A stretch of 64,000 bases of DNA from Phyllosticta citribraziliensis (lineage: Eukaryota). The notes beneath the pieces are model-generated. The model did not search any database and was not told the origin of the DNA. It saw only the letters and a list, made by a program, of their open reading frames with translations. Shown piece after piece: positions 13,225 to 25,873 of this stretch (its first letter is position 1; each line of letters begins with the position of its first letter). A program made the translations under genes and the position numbers. The stretch is taken from contig NW_027117346.1 of assembly GCF_038025025.1 (NCBI RefSeq), positions 744,001-808,000 of the forward strand. The letters run 5' to 3'.

Positions 13225-15819
13225 AATGGCTGTTTAGCTGTTGTTGAAATCCAGCGCAGAATTTATGAATATATACTGTTATCAAAAAGGACAAATAATT
13301 GGGAGCGGTAGCAATTCTTGGGCTTTGTTCTGGGCACAAACGGTTTCTGAAGAGTGTGAAGCAAGTTAGTAAGAACATTAATTTGGGGAGGGTGTAGACA
13401 GGCCGTCATAAGGTAGCTATATGCGTGGTGTATGCGTTAAAGGTGAGGGCGGTGATTGATGTTAGGAGGGCGGCCACGACTTTCACAGTCAAGTGGGGTG
13501 CACCTGAGAATTGCTGGCCGTGTCCACGAATACAGCGCAACAAATTCATGAATCGAGATGTTTTGGGAAAAGCAAGGGAGGAGGGTAATATGTGGCAGGA
13601 AAAGAGATGACGCGCGAAAATCGAGAAAAACGAGCAGAGGGGAAGCAAAAGAAGAATGAGCCGGATTAGATGTCCTAGTGGCGGAAGCTACAGTCCACAC
13701 ACGTTTCTTTTCAGGCGGGAGATGGGAGCTTTTGCTTGTTCGAACAGCAGAGTGATGGAAAGAGTTGACGCGGTTTATGTAATCCACGTGGGAGCATTCG
13801 AACGGTTTCGAAAGATGTATTCCGGGAGCATTCAAGCGCCGACTTGTTGACAGGGTAATTGTGTATGACATTGATAGGGAGTATTCAGGGTTGCTTCACC
13901 GATGATTTAAGCAGCGAAGGTTGACACAGCGAATTAATCTGAGATGTCCACGCTCCAATTGACCGAGACCACAATGTGGGGTACGAAACTTCGAGGGCAG
14001 CATATCCAGCATAATGAACAACAGCAAAAAGAAGAGCCACAACGTGCATTTCACTAGAGAACTCGCTTCTTGGAGCCAAGTCAGTCTGTTTTCACCAGGA
14101 AATCCATGCTTGAAACAGCGCGAGGCTTGACGGGCTGGATGAGGCGAGACAAGCCTTTCATCTTCAGCCTCGAATTTCCCAAAAGTCGACCAGCAAGGAA
14201 TGCGTCAACCAAGAATGAATGAACATCGGCTTTGCAGCCGAAACCAAGACGACCAATTTGCCGGCTGCAGGCATGGATCGACGCCCACCAGCGGCAGTTT
14301 TGGCGACGAGAGAGGACCTGCTAGGAGTAGTCTCGAGCGGGCAAGCCGGGTGTGCCCCCACGCGTGGATGATGCTCAGAGGCCGGTCTCCTGCGAACAAT
14401 TTTCTTAAGACGTGACACACCCGCGAGTCGAGAGACGGCCCGGGGGCAGGCGGGCTGGTTGGTGGTTGTGGAAGTTTGTCGACCAAAAAGAACATCAACG
14501 CATACATAGAGCCGGCCAACGCGAAGGAGTGCGGCGTGATGGCCGCCACATTGTGATGGCTCGGCCAGGACGCTCTGATGCGGCTCCCATCTTGCATCAT
14601 TCCATCTATGGTCGGAGCATGCCGATAAGGTGGGAATACAGATGACGAAAGGTGGCGGCCAAGTAGCGGTCTACCGGCAGCCAACAAGCAGGGCAGGGCA
14701 GGGCGTGCAGCGACGGATCCAAGAAGAGCTGGAGCTGGAGCTGGAGCTGGAGCTCCACTGGACGGGAGGGCTCCATTGGAGGCGCTCGGCCGCGATGCTT
14801 TCCAGCAAGCCGTCCTTCTTGACCTGCATAGCTTTCTCGGCGCGGACAGAGGTGGTCGTCTGGCAGCGCAAAAATCATCAAGGCGCCCCAGGCCTCGTGT
14901 GCCTACTTCCCCACAAAGCGCTAGCATGACCTGGGGAAATGGTCCACGAGCGCAGCTTCTCCAGGCCCACATGACCAGAGTGCAACGAGGATCACGGCGC
15001 CTGGTGACAACCGATCTCGAGACCCTTGCCGGGAGCGGAGCATGCTAGAGGCAGCGGACGGGCAGATGATGAACTGAACAAGGGCAACAGCAAAGGCTAT
15101 TCTTGGGGGGAAACGCTGCGCGTGGCATGATTTTTTATTCTGTCCAAAATATGTATGGCTGGGGACGAATGAAGAGGGCGAGGAACTGTATAGTGCGATA
15201 TGTCGTGGTGCTCCTGAGGCGGTGCTATCTGACACGGCATTGCGCCCGCGGCGCGCGGCGACTCCGTCAGATAGAGTGAGGTAGGGAGGTGGGCGGTAGC
15301 TAGCTGAGGTACCGCACAGTAGCGGGCACAGGAGGGAGGGAGCAGCGCGGACGAGAGAGCTGGAGACACTGGAGTCGAGCAGCAGACAAGTCTCGTTTGT
15401 TGTCTTCGAGTCTGGCGTCGTCGTCGATTATATCACATCTGATTCCCTTCCCCGTCCGAGCGGTGTGCGATTCGGTCGTTGGGTGGCCCGGCAGCAGCTG
15501 CTGCGTTGCGCTTGGGCGCCCCCGGTCTCTGCCCCAAAGACGTCGCCCGCAGCAGTAGTGTCCGGTCCTTTCCAGTCGTCTCTCAACCCAAGGCACGCCC
15601 ACAGGCCTACACGAAGCGCTACGTTGCGTCGTCCTGCTTCTTTCAATGCCCGTGATCCACTCGTCAGGCCTGGCCTCCCCAAACCGTCCTACAGCCACCG
15701 CCCTCGGACCCTGTGCCCGCGACGTCAGCGGGCCTCTCCTCTCCTAGTCTAGAGAGACTACTGCTACTCACCCGTCATCGTGGAGAGGGCTGCTCCAACC
15801 CAGCCCAACGTCCGTCAAG

Positions 15820-18210
15820 ATTTCTCCCCCATCCTCGAGCCGCCGGCCCGCCAATATTCCTCTCCACGCCTTGCGGTCGACCACCTCATCCCACGACGAG
15901 AAGACTGGGCCCCGCCATTCCTCGTCCGACTCCGACCACTCGGAATTAGACTCGCTCTGGAGCGAGACGGGCGATCTCGTCGACCAGCTCGCAGACGAAG
16001 AAGATCCCTTGCAGGCTCGACTTCGCCAATCGCAAGACCTCGGTGCTGAAGCCCGTCCTCACAAGCGCCATCCGCAGCGCCGCGTACACTACGCCGACGA
16101 CTCCTCGTCTGGCGCCAACAACGAAAAGGCTGGGCGTATCAAAAAGGAGGACATCCCAGTACCGACTCCCCCACGGAAGGTTGTCTCGCGAGGCGAAAGG
16201 TACCGTCGCCCGCCGCAAACGCCGTCTACACTATACTCACAACCATCATCAGGATCCTCGCTGCCATCATGGCTCCTAACGATGGCCCGTCCCGTATGCA
16301 TGGGTTGCACGGCAAGAAGCTCATGTGCGTCTCCATCCCCTCGACCGCCATTGACTGGCCCAGGGCTGACCTCTATACCAGTTATTTCACCAGTGTATTT
16401 GTATCATTAGGGGTTTTCTTGTTTGGATACGACCAGGGCGTCATGTCGGGAATCATCACGTACGTCCAATCCCCCTTGACGGTACGCTTCGGGCTGACGG
16501 GTTGTGCGACACAGTGGTTCCTACTTCAAAGACTACTTCAACCAGCCCACCCGCGCTGAAATCGGTACAATGGTGGCCATCTTAGAGATAGGGGCCCTGA
16601 TAGCATCTCTAAGTGTCGGAAAAATGGGAGATATCTTGGGCCGTCGACGGACCATTCTCTACGGCTCCCTCGTCTTCGTCGTCGGTGGCGCCTTCCAGGC
16701 GTTTGCGACGGGCATGCCCATGATGCTGCTGGGAAGGATTATTGCTGGTTTGGGTGTTGGTGCTCTATCCACCATCGTCCCAGTTTACCAGTCCGAAATC
16801 TCTCCTCCGCACAACCGCGGAAAGCTGGCCTGCGTCGAGTTCACAGGCAACATTTCTGGCTACGCGGCCAGTGTGTGGGTGGACTACTTTTGCAGCTACA
16901 TCAAGAATGACTGGGCTTGGCGACTCCCCCTTCTCATGCAATGCGCTATGGGGTCGTTGCTGGCCTTAGGCAGTCTGCTTATTTGCGAATCGCCGAGGTA
17001 ACATCCAACCCCCACATGGACCATCACCATACTGACGAAAAGTAGATGGTTGCTTGACAATGATCACGATGAGGAGGGTATCGTCGTTATTGCCAACCTA
17101 TACGGCAAGGGCGACATTCACAACCCCAAGGCCAGAGATGAGTACCGTGAAATCAAGATGAACGTCCTCATGCAGCGCCAAGAGGGCGAGCGGTCTTACA
17201 GTGACATGTTCAGGAGATACTACAAGCGCGTCTTCATCGCCATGTCGGCGCAATCTCTCGCTCAACTCAACGGCATCAACGTCATTTCCTACTATGCCCC
17301 ATTGGTCTTTGAACAAGCCGGTTGGGTTGGTCGCGAGGCCATTCTCATGACTGGCATCAACGGGCTCAGCTACTTGGCCTGTACGATTCCTCCGTGGTAC
17401 CTTGTCGACTCCTGGGGCCGCAGATTCATTCTCCTATCCGGTGCTGTCGCCATGATAATCTCCCTAAGCGCGATATCATACTTCATCTTCATCGACATAC
17501 CAGTCTGGACTCCCCGGCTGGTTGTCATTTTCGTCATGATATACAACGGTGCCTTTGGAGCCTCATGGGGACCGATTCCTTGGCTTTACCCGCCGGAAAT
17601 CCTGCCGCTCAGCATCCGCGCCAAGGGTGCCAGTCTGTCGACCGCGGCCAACTGGGCCTTCAATTGGTTGGTGGGAGAAATGACGCCGATTCTTCAAGAG
17701 TGGATTCAATGGCGTCTGTACCTGCTGCACGCATTCTTTTGCGCAGTCAGTTTCGTTGTTGGTAAGTGCTGAAAAAGTGCTGTGGATCACGGCGTGCTGA
17801 CTTTTGTTCCAGTGTGGTTCATCTACCCCGAAACCGCAAACGTGCGCCTGGAAGACATGAACTCTTTGTTCGGTGATGCGACGTCCCAAATGCCTACTCC
17901 CGCGACATTGGCCGAAGCCGAATCCCTGTTCAGCGCAGGATCTCCCGTGCCATCTTTGGACATTCGTCGCAGTGGTGGTCTGGGCGCGGACAATGCCATT
18001 CCCGGACTTGACATCAACCCACCCAACGTCAATGTTGAAGGCGGCAAGCCCCAATACAGCAACAACAGCCAACGCAAGGACTCCAATGCCACAAGCCAAA
18101 GAGAGGGGCTGGGTGGGTGGATCTCGAACCTCGTTAAGCGCGGCAAGGACAATGGAGAAGGGGACAGCCAGAGTGGCAGTTACCGGCGAATCAACCAGGA
18201 TGACGAATGA
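15820..18210 (+). CDS. MFS sugar-porter family transporter; first in-frame AUG at 16269, probable upstream non-AUG start (start shown is the best guess)
   Basis: FLFGYDQGVMSG, GDILGRRRTI, GRIIAGLGVG, VPVYQSEISPPHNRG, QLNGINVISYY, SWGPIPWLYPPEILP, YPETANVRLE. Intron 16200-16252 joins an upstream acidic frame in phase. Confidence 0.9.
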
Positions 18211-18955
18211 GATTCTAGATGAGCGGTGGACGACATTGCTTTGGGACGGCTTCTGCATGGAGACCCAATAGAGATTCCGCGGCGCATGGGTTCTACACTC
18301 TTGGGCTGGCCACGACTAATTGAAGCGGGGCCACGGTGCAGGAGCGAGAGGGAAGAAGAGGGGGTGGCAGGGTCTCAAGGGGGGGGGCAGCAGGCGGGAT
18401 TTGATCAGTTTGGTTCTCTTTTCTTTTTTCCATTTGGTATAGTGTAGACTGCGGACTCTGCAGCGGCCCAGCGCGCAAACTGCGGCGGAGTCGAGTTGGA
18501 CGTGTATAGTACAGTAGGTAGGATATATGGGGATTATCATTCATGATGCATCACAGGATCGCGAATCATTGCTTCACATGGGGCCTCGGGACGGGTTGGG
18601 ACTTGGGCAGGGCCACAGGCACACAGGGCGCGTCTTGCCGTGGAGCGGAGAGAGGGACTGAGGGGAGGGGGCGTAGAGAACACGTTACGAGACGCGCGGA
18701 GTTGGACCGAGCCCTGCCCTTGCCTGAGCAGATCGCCGTAAAAAGTGGCCGGGCTGCCCGTGTCCTATTTCCAGCCCAGCATCTCTGCTCCTGTTCCCTG
18801 CTCCGCTCACGACTTGGCCCTGCGATTCCCGTTGTGAGCCTTGCGCCCTGCACTGCAAACAACCACCTTTAAACTCAACCTTCCCTCGCTCCCGCACTGC
18901 TTATCCATCCTCACCTACCCTCGACCGCCCGGCAGCAGAGGGGCTGCATATCACC

Positions 18956-21425
18956 ATGGCCGACCCCCAGAGCTATGCCTCTGGAGCTGACGCCGCCGTC
19001 AACGGCGATGCTCTGCGCAGGAGAAACATTCCCAACGGCAACGGACAGCTCGACCACCACTTGCGCGAGCCCGAGGAAAAGTCGAAACAAAAGGTCAGTC
19101 CAGTCGCCGCACGAGCTGTGCCTCCTGCACCTGCATGCCTCTCCCAATGCTGTGGACTGACAGTTGCCCCGCGTCTGCAGACCAAAACTTTCCTCCAGAC
19201 CCTCGACGAAACCGAACACATCTGGGCGCCCATCCTCTTCACCGCCCTCGCCTTCTTCACCCGTCTCTACAAGATTGGTTTGTCCAACATTGTGACGTGG
19301 GACGAAGCTCAGTAAGCCCAAACAATGCCATTGTTTAAGCTGGCAACAGCAGGCTGACTTGCACCCAAAGTTTTGGAAAATTTGGCTCCCACTACCTCAA
19401 GCGCGAATTCTATTTCGATGTCCACCCGCCGCTGGGCAAGATGCTGGTCGGCCTGTCCGGTTGGCTGGCTGGTTACAATGGCTCCTTCGAATTCAAGTCT
19501 GGCGAGCAGTACCCCGCAGAGCTCAACTACACGTTCATGCGAGCCTTCAACTCGGGCTTCGGCGCCCTCTGCGTCCCGCTGGCCTACTACACTGCAAAGG
19601 AGCTCAATTTCAAGCGCCCCGCAGTCTGGCTTGCGACTCTGATGGTTCTATGCGACAACTCCTGGGCTACAATCAGCAGGTTCATCCTCTTGGACTCGAT
19701 GCTGCTCTTCTTTACATGCACGACCGTCTTTTGCTGGTCCAAGTTCCACAGGCTGCAATACGACCCCTTTTCTCCTGAATGGGGTCTTTGGCTGATGCTC
19801 TGCGGTGTTTCGATCGGTTGCGTTACCAGCGTCAAGTGGGTTGGCTTCTTCGTCACGGCTCTCGTTGGCCTGTACACTGCTGAGGATTTGTGGCGCAAAT
19901 TTGGCGACTTGAAGATGCCCAAGGTAAGAAAAGTGCTGTCCAATATTTCTGCCAAGGCTGACATGGGATAGGCTGAGCTGGGAGCCCATCTTGGATTCCG
20001 GGTCTTTTCACTGATTGTGATTCCATTGATGGTCTACATGTTCTCTTTCTGGCTCCACTTCCTCATTCTCGAAAACAGCGGCCCTGGCGACGCGCAAATG
20101 AGCTCCCTTTTCCAGGCCAACCTTCGTGGCACAGACGTCGGCAAGGGCAGCCCTCTGGAAATTGCCATCGGCTCTCGGCTCACCCTTAAGAACATGGGTT
20201 ACGGCGGAGGTCTTTTGCATTCTCACGTCCAGACCTACCCAGAGGGATCGCAGCAGCAGCAAGTCACTTGCTACCACCACAAGGACGCCAACAACGACTG
20301 GTTCGTGTACCCCAACCGCTTTGACAATGACTATGTCGTCGGCGAGGATCTCCGCTTCCCCAAGGACCGTGACGTCATTCGTCTGATTCACGCCCAAACT
20401 GGCCGCAACCTCCATTCGCACACCATTGCTGCCCCGGTTACCAAGGCCGACTACGAAGTCTCCTCGTATGGCAACGTGACCATTGGTGACACCAAGGACC
20501 ACTGGACCATCGAAGTTGTGCGCGACGTAGCCTCTAGCGACTACTCCAAGATCCGCACTTTGACGACTGCCTTCCGCCTGAAGCATGTGGACCTTGGGTG
20601 TTACCTGCGCGCAGGCACTGTCAACCTGCCGCAGTGGGGTTTTAAGCAAATCGAAGTCACTTGCGACAAGAAGAACAACCCGAGGGACGTCTACACGCAC
20701 TGGAATGTCGAGAGCCACTGGAATGACAGACTCCCTGCTGGAGACCCTGGCTCGTACAAGTCTCCATTCTTCCGCGACTTTATTCACCTCAACGTGGCCA
20801 TGATGACCTCGAACAACGCCCTTGTTCCCGACCCTGATAAGCAGGACGATCTTGCCTCCCAATTCTGGCAGTGGCCCATTCTTCACGTCGGCCTTCGCAT
20901 GTGTGGCTGGAATGACGAGAGTAAGTGACTATTTGGAATTTCTCGAACCATGATGCTAATACTGTCACAGCTGTCAAATACTTCCTCCTCGGAAACCCCT
21001 TTGTGTACTGGGCTGGTACTGCCTCGCTTCTTGGTGTTGGCTTGCTCTGCCTGTGGCATCTCATTCGCTGGCAGCGTGGCTACAAGCCCCTGCCCCCTGC
21101 TGACTTGGACCACCTCGAGTACTCGGGAGTCTACCCCGTCATCGGATGGTTCCTCCACTACTTTCCCTTCATTGCCATGGCGCGTGTGACGTACGTGCAC
21201 CACTACTTCCCGGCGCTCTACTTTTCCATCCTGTCCTTCAGCTTCTTGACCGACTGGTTCTCGCGGCGCACCAGCCGCAACGCGCAGATCGCCCTGTACG
21301 CGGTGCTGTACACGATTACGATTGGCTTGTTTGTTTACTTCCGCGACATTACATTTGGCATGCAGGGACCCAGCACGCAGTGGAGGCATTTGAAGTGGTT
21401 TAATACATGGAGGATCTCGGACTAG
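18956..21425 (+). CDS. PMT2: Dolichyl-phosphate-mannose:protein O-mannosyltransferase, Pmt2 subfamily, multi-exon
   Basis: VTWDEAH|FGKFGSHYLKREFYFDVHPPLGK, SRFILLDS, MIR region GGGLLHSHVQTYPEGSQQQQVTCYHHKD, RVTYVHHYFPALYF. Confidence 0.93.
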
Positions 21426-23195
21426 ATTACTCGCCGGCGTTTTTTCTTTCTTCCTTTCTCCTTCCTTTGCCGCAGTCTTTTGAGACCCCTGATTTGACGC
21501 ATGGTTGCTGCGATTGCCCCCCGTGGGTGTCTGGCTGGGGTCTGATTCGTAACTCTTTTCAAGCTGCTTATCCTCCTCTCTCTCGTCTCTTACGCTGCTG
21601 CTACTACTGCGTCCATGGTTCTCTTGCTGTTTTGCATCGCTGTTGTAATTTTGCTTGTGTCTGTTGTCATGAAACTTTTTGTAAGGGGCATGGATGAATG
21701 GGCTGATGGAGCGGGCAGTAGATGTACGGGTACAGACGCCCGGATGGACGGATACATGTATCACTGTCCACGTGGAAGGTTTGTTTGCGTCTTTCATTTC
21801 AACGGGGAAAACAACAACAACAACAACAACATCGATGGCTCAGAGCCAGGGAGAAGGTCTGACGACTTGAGACGATGGTAAATCGGATGATTGGTAGGTA
21901 AGGCAGGCAGCAGGCAGGCAGGCAGGGCCAACGAGACGGGGGAAAAAGCGAACGATGAGGACACGAAAAACACAAATACGAGACAGCTATGCCGGGAAGA
22001 AATAGTAGTCGTCGGGGCGTGCGTGTGTGTGGCAGGGCAGGTAGAAGAAGAAGAGAAAAAGAAGCACGCTGCGTGTAGTTGTTTCTCACTGTCCATCTCT
22101 TTTCTGTCTGTTGAGCCATATCTTCTGCGTCTTTTGCATCTTCGCTTTCCTGCCTTTCCAGCATCTCTTTTTACGTAGTCACGGCCTAGGGATCAGCGCA
22201 AGGCGTGTTTGTGCGCGTTGGAGTAAGGCAGCTGTAGGGTAGGTAGGAAAGGAGGTGCTGTAGTTGTCAACATCGTCCATCTTTACTGCTGGAGCTGTTT
22301 TGCGCGTGCTATCTATGTACTACTGGATTGGTCTGTGATGCATACTGTGTCTGTCTACGGCCCAGAGAGGCAAGTAATGAGATTTGACGTTGAACGTCTT
22401 GTCGCTGTCGACGGAGGCCGTCCGGGCTGAGAAGAGATGCCATTTCGAGAGGGAGCGTGTCTGAAGAGAGGAGCATGTCCGAAGTACGGACGACGTCCAG
22501 AAACACATCTAGACGTTTGAAGTTGGAGCAAAGACTTGCTCCTTTCGGCTCCGTGGTCCTCCTCTCTGCTGTCTTGGGCCAATCGTGCTGTCATCACATG
22601 ATCCTCGCGCTCGACATAGTCGCCCATCTGGACGGCCTTCTCTTTCGGACAATCTAGGAGCGAGTGGGGCAAGGAACAAGAAGCCCTTTTGGGTTGCGCG
22701 GTGCGTCGGAGACAGATGCTGATAAATCTTCCCTGGATGAAGTTGTCGAGATTGGAAACGGCACCGTTGTACTCTCTGATGAGTGTGCATTCGGGGCGCC
22801 GACGAGGATTGCGAAGGTTTTGTTGAGCTCTGGGACTGACTGAGACGGTGAACGAAAGAGTCTGCTGAAAATTTTGAATTACAGAAAGCTCGCTCGCTAT
22901 TCATAAGTCGTAATATAATGGTGGTGGTCCTGGTATCTTCTCGCCCAATCTGAGAAAAATGCAAACGCTCGCCTGCTCAATCAATCTTCTGCCGAATACG
23001 CTATCCTCTAAATCCCAAAACGAAAAGCGTAAAGATCCAACTCGCGGTTCCTCCTGATGTGTGGAGGTTAGACATTAAGTCGCGTCGCAATAACAAAACC
23101 ATGCATGTGAGAAAGCGTCAAAGCGCAATAAACCCCCCAAAGGAAAAGAATGCACGGCGTTGTGGGAAGTCCATCGTGGAGAAGCGAGTGCGCCT

Positions 23196-25873
23196 CTACC
23201 CAAGCACCGCAGCCAAGACAACGATTAGCAGAATTATCGACGTGCCCACCACGGACATGATGCGATTCAACCTCCTCCAGTATCTCCCCCTAGCAAACGC
23301 CCTCTCGGCCTCAGCCTCCCCCAAACGAATGGCGATTGGGGTCCCGCAGCTCGGCCGACCCTCTGGCACATTCAGGTCCTTCTCAACCACCCTTCCAGCA
23401 TGGACTTCCGCGGCCATCGAAGCCCGCTGCCGATATTCGTCGTCCTGGCCCCTCTCCAGGTCGTCGAGGTACGGATCAGAAGAGGGAGGAGGCGGCGGAA
23501 GACGGAGAAAGGCAGCGACTATCCATGCAATCGGGAAGAAGAATCCAAAGGCAAAGAGGTACAGTTGTCGGTCGACTCGGGGATCGTCGTGGGTACGCGA
23601 TGGAGGCGGCGAGGGTGGTGCCAGAGACCGATACCAAGTTGTCAGGGTTGCCACGGTGTTGGTGTTGCTTTGCACGGAGAATCGTTGGCGACGCGGCTCC
23701 GGTTCGGGATCGTAGACTGTGTCGGGCGTGCGCGGATACTCGGGCAATGCTTGGATTCCCATCTCGGAGCTGTTGTCGCCGGAAAGCGAATCAGATTCCT
23801 GAGTCAAGGACGAGAGTGCTACTCCATGATGGTTCGGCATGAACGAGGGCCTGGGGACACCGTCGGGGCCAAAAGCCTCTGCAAGCTGATCATCGTCGAG
23901 GTTTGCGCTGTAAATTGTGCTGTGCGGTCGGTTGCGGGGACGATGCACACGCGCAATGCTAAATTCAGAAGATGAGGGCGAAGCCGTTTGGGCCGTATTC
24001 GACTTGGATGTAGGTCGCGAGAGACCCGACTTGAAAGTGGTTCCATTTGAATGATTGAAATCAATGGCAAACTTTGCCCGTGGAGTTTTTGGAGTTTTAG
24101 GAGTCTGTGGGGGGTGAAAATTGCCCAACGAAGTAACTGATTGTGATCGAGAAGACCCAGCATGAAAAGAGTAAGAACTTGGGTTTGTGGTTGAATAAAA
24201 GGTCCTGTCATGACTTAGCAGGAGGCGCAGAATCTGTGAGAAAGATCTACATACCGTGCCCATGCGGGCAAAGTTCTAGCAACATTGACAACCGTAGTGT
24301 TGCTCGAATTGCTCCCTGGACGCGTCGGTGGCCATGACCTGTCACCGCCAAATCCCATATGAGCAAAGCTCATCGAATCTACCGATTGCCAAGGATTACG
24401 GAGAGGTGGAATGTTGGTTGTGTCGTCAGAAGCCTTGCGGGTCCGGTCTGTCATGGTAACGAATGTCGCAGGCGTGGCTGTTCCCTCAACCTTGGTGATT
24501 GTCGAAGCGGCCATCGACTTTTGTCCGGTTGGTGGCGGGTCGTCGACATGGACTTTCTCTGCCGCGACGGGCTTCCTCTGGACAACTGGTGTCTTGTTAT
24601 CGGATGTCGCGCCAACTGTCTTTTCTTCATGTCGAACAGGGGACTTTGGAGGGCTTCCCTGTAGCTTTTCCAGGGTCTGGCTGTTTCGATTCCGTATTCT
24701 TGGCACAAAGATTGGCGCTGGCGAGCCATACTCCACCGATGCAAAAGTTCCGGCCGAAGCATCTCGCATTTTGGGATACTGGAGGACAATCTCTTCCGGA
24801 GAAGAAACTTCCCTTGACGCCATATGGAGGCGTGATTGAGACCTGGAGTGGCTCAAAAACTGTTCGCTCAAGATTGGTGTGGATGACGGTCGTCTCGTCC
24901 TGGTTTGCGACTCGGTGTCGAGAAAGGGCTCAAGAGGATTCCCAAAACTAGTGACTGGCCGCCTCGAATCGGATTCATTGCCAACACAGTGGATGTTGAG
25001 CCCTGCGGGTGTCGACGATGGCCGCGCAGACTGGAAGCTTGGAGGCCAGAGTGTCCAGTTGCTTCCGGTAGACTTTCGATCCACATGGCATCTAGTGGAG
25101 AGAGTTTCTGAAGACGCCGATGATCTATCAGAAGCACCTGGGAATTTTGACGACGGTGGAGCCAAATCATCGGCGTCTTCAGAGGCTTCGACAGAACGTA
25201 GCCCCGAGCGTCGACGGTCCGAGTCTTGGGAATCGGGAGATATGTGACGTGAAGCAGAAGATACAACGTTCCTGTCCCTGTCTGTCACAGATCTTATGGT
25301 ACTGATGGATTGTCGGTTTTTCGTATCTACAGAATGACGTTTGGGAGAGTCGGCCGGAAGAGAAGGTTCCGAAGAGCCCAAAAGACTATTGAAGAATTCC
25401 GGCGTGTCTGTAGAAGCAGACGATCGCTTATCCGACCGACTGCTGGGAGAACCCGGGCCGGGGTGCACTTGGGATGACAGAAACGGAAATGAGGGTCTGG
25501 TTTGCGTCGGGGATGGCGCACTCAAATTTCTCGAATGTCGTTTTCCAGGGGAGTCATTTTGTTCCTTTCGTTCTCGAGCTCGCTGAAGTTCCAATTCTCT
25601 TTCGACACGAAGAAGTGGTGGCACCACGTTAAATCTTTGCGACGAGTTTGATCTTGCGGTGTTTTGATTGGCCGGTGAAATTTCTCCCAGTGGTTGTCGC
25701 CTGGTTGCAAACGCAGATTTTGACCGACGTCGCGAATCCCTTGCGTTTGAGTCTGGATTGAGAATCGATTGAGCATTATCGGATTTGGACCGACTGCGTC
25801 CGGCGACCAAATCATTTTCTTGAGAGCCCTGGGATCTTAAAGGCGGCGGTTTGGGGGCTCTGTTTGAAGGCAT
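23196..25873 (-). CDS. Ser/Pro/Arg-rich disordered protein with two C-terminal hydrophobic segments (fungal hypothetical), 2 exons
   Basis: ORFs 24215-25873 and 23196-24263 join via a GTATGT...GACAG intron after LPAWAR. C-terminus has LFAFGFFFPIAWIVAAFL and YWRRLNRIMSVVGTSIILLIVVLAAV. Confidence 0.8.

Noticed and set aside
14205..14972. 255-aa minus-strand ORF containing PAPAPAPA
   Set aside because: Driven by a (GAGCTG)n microsatellite in GC-rich intergenic DNA; no domain evidence.
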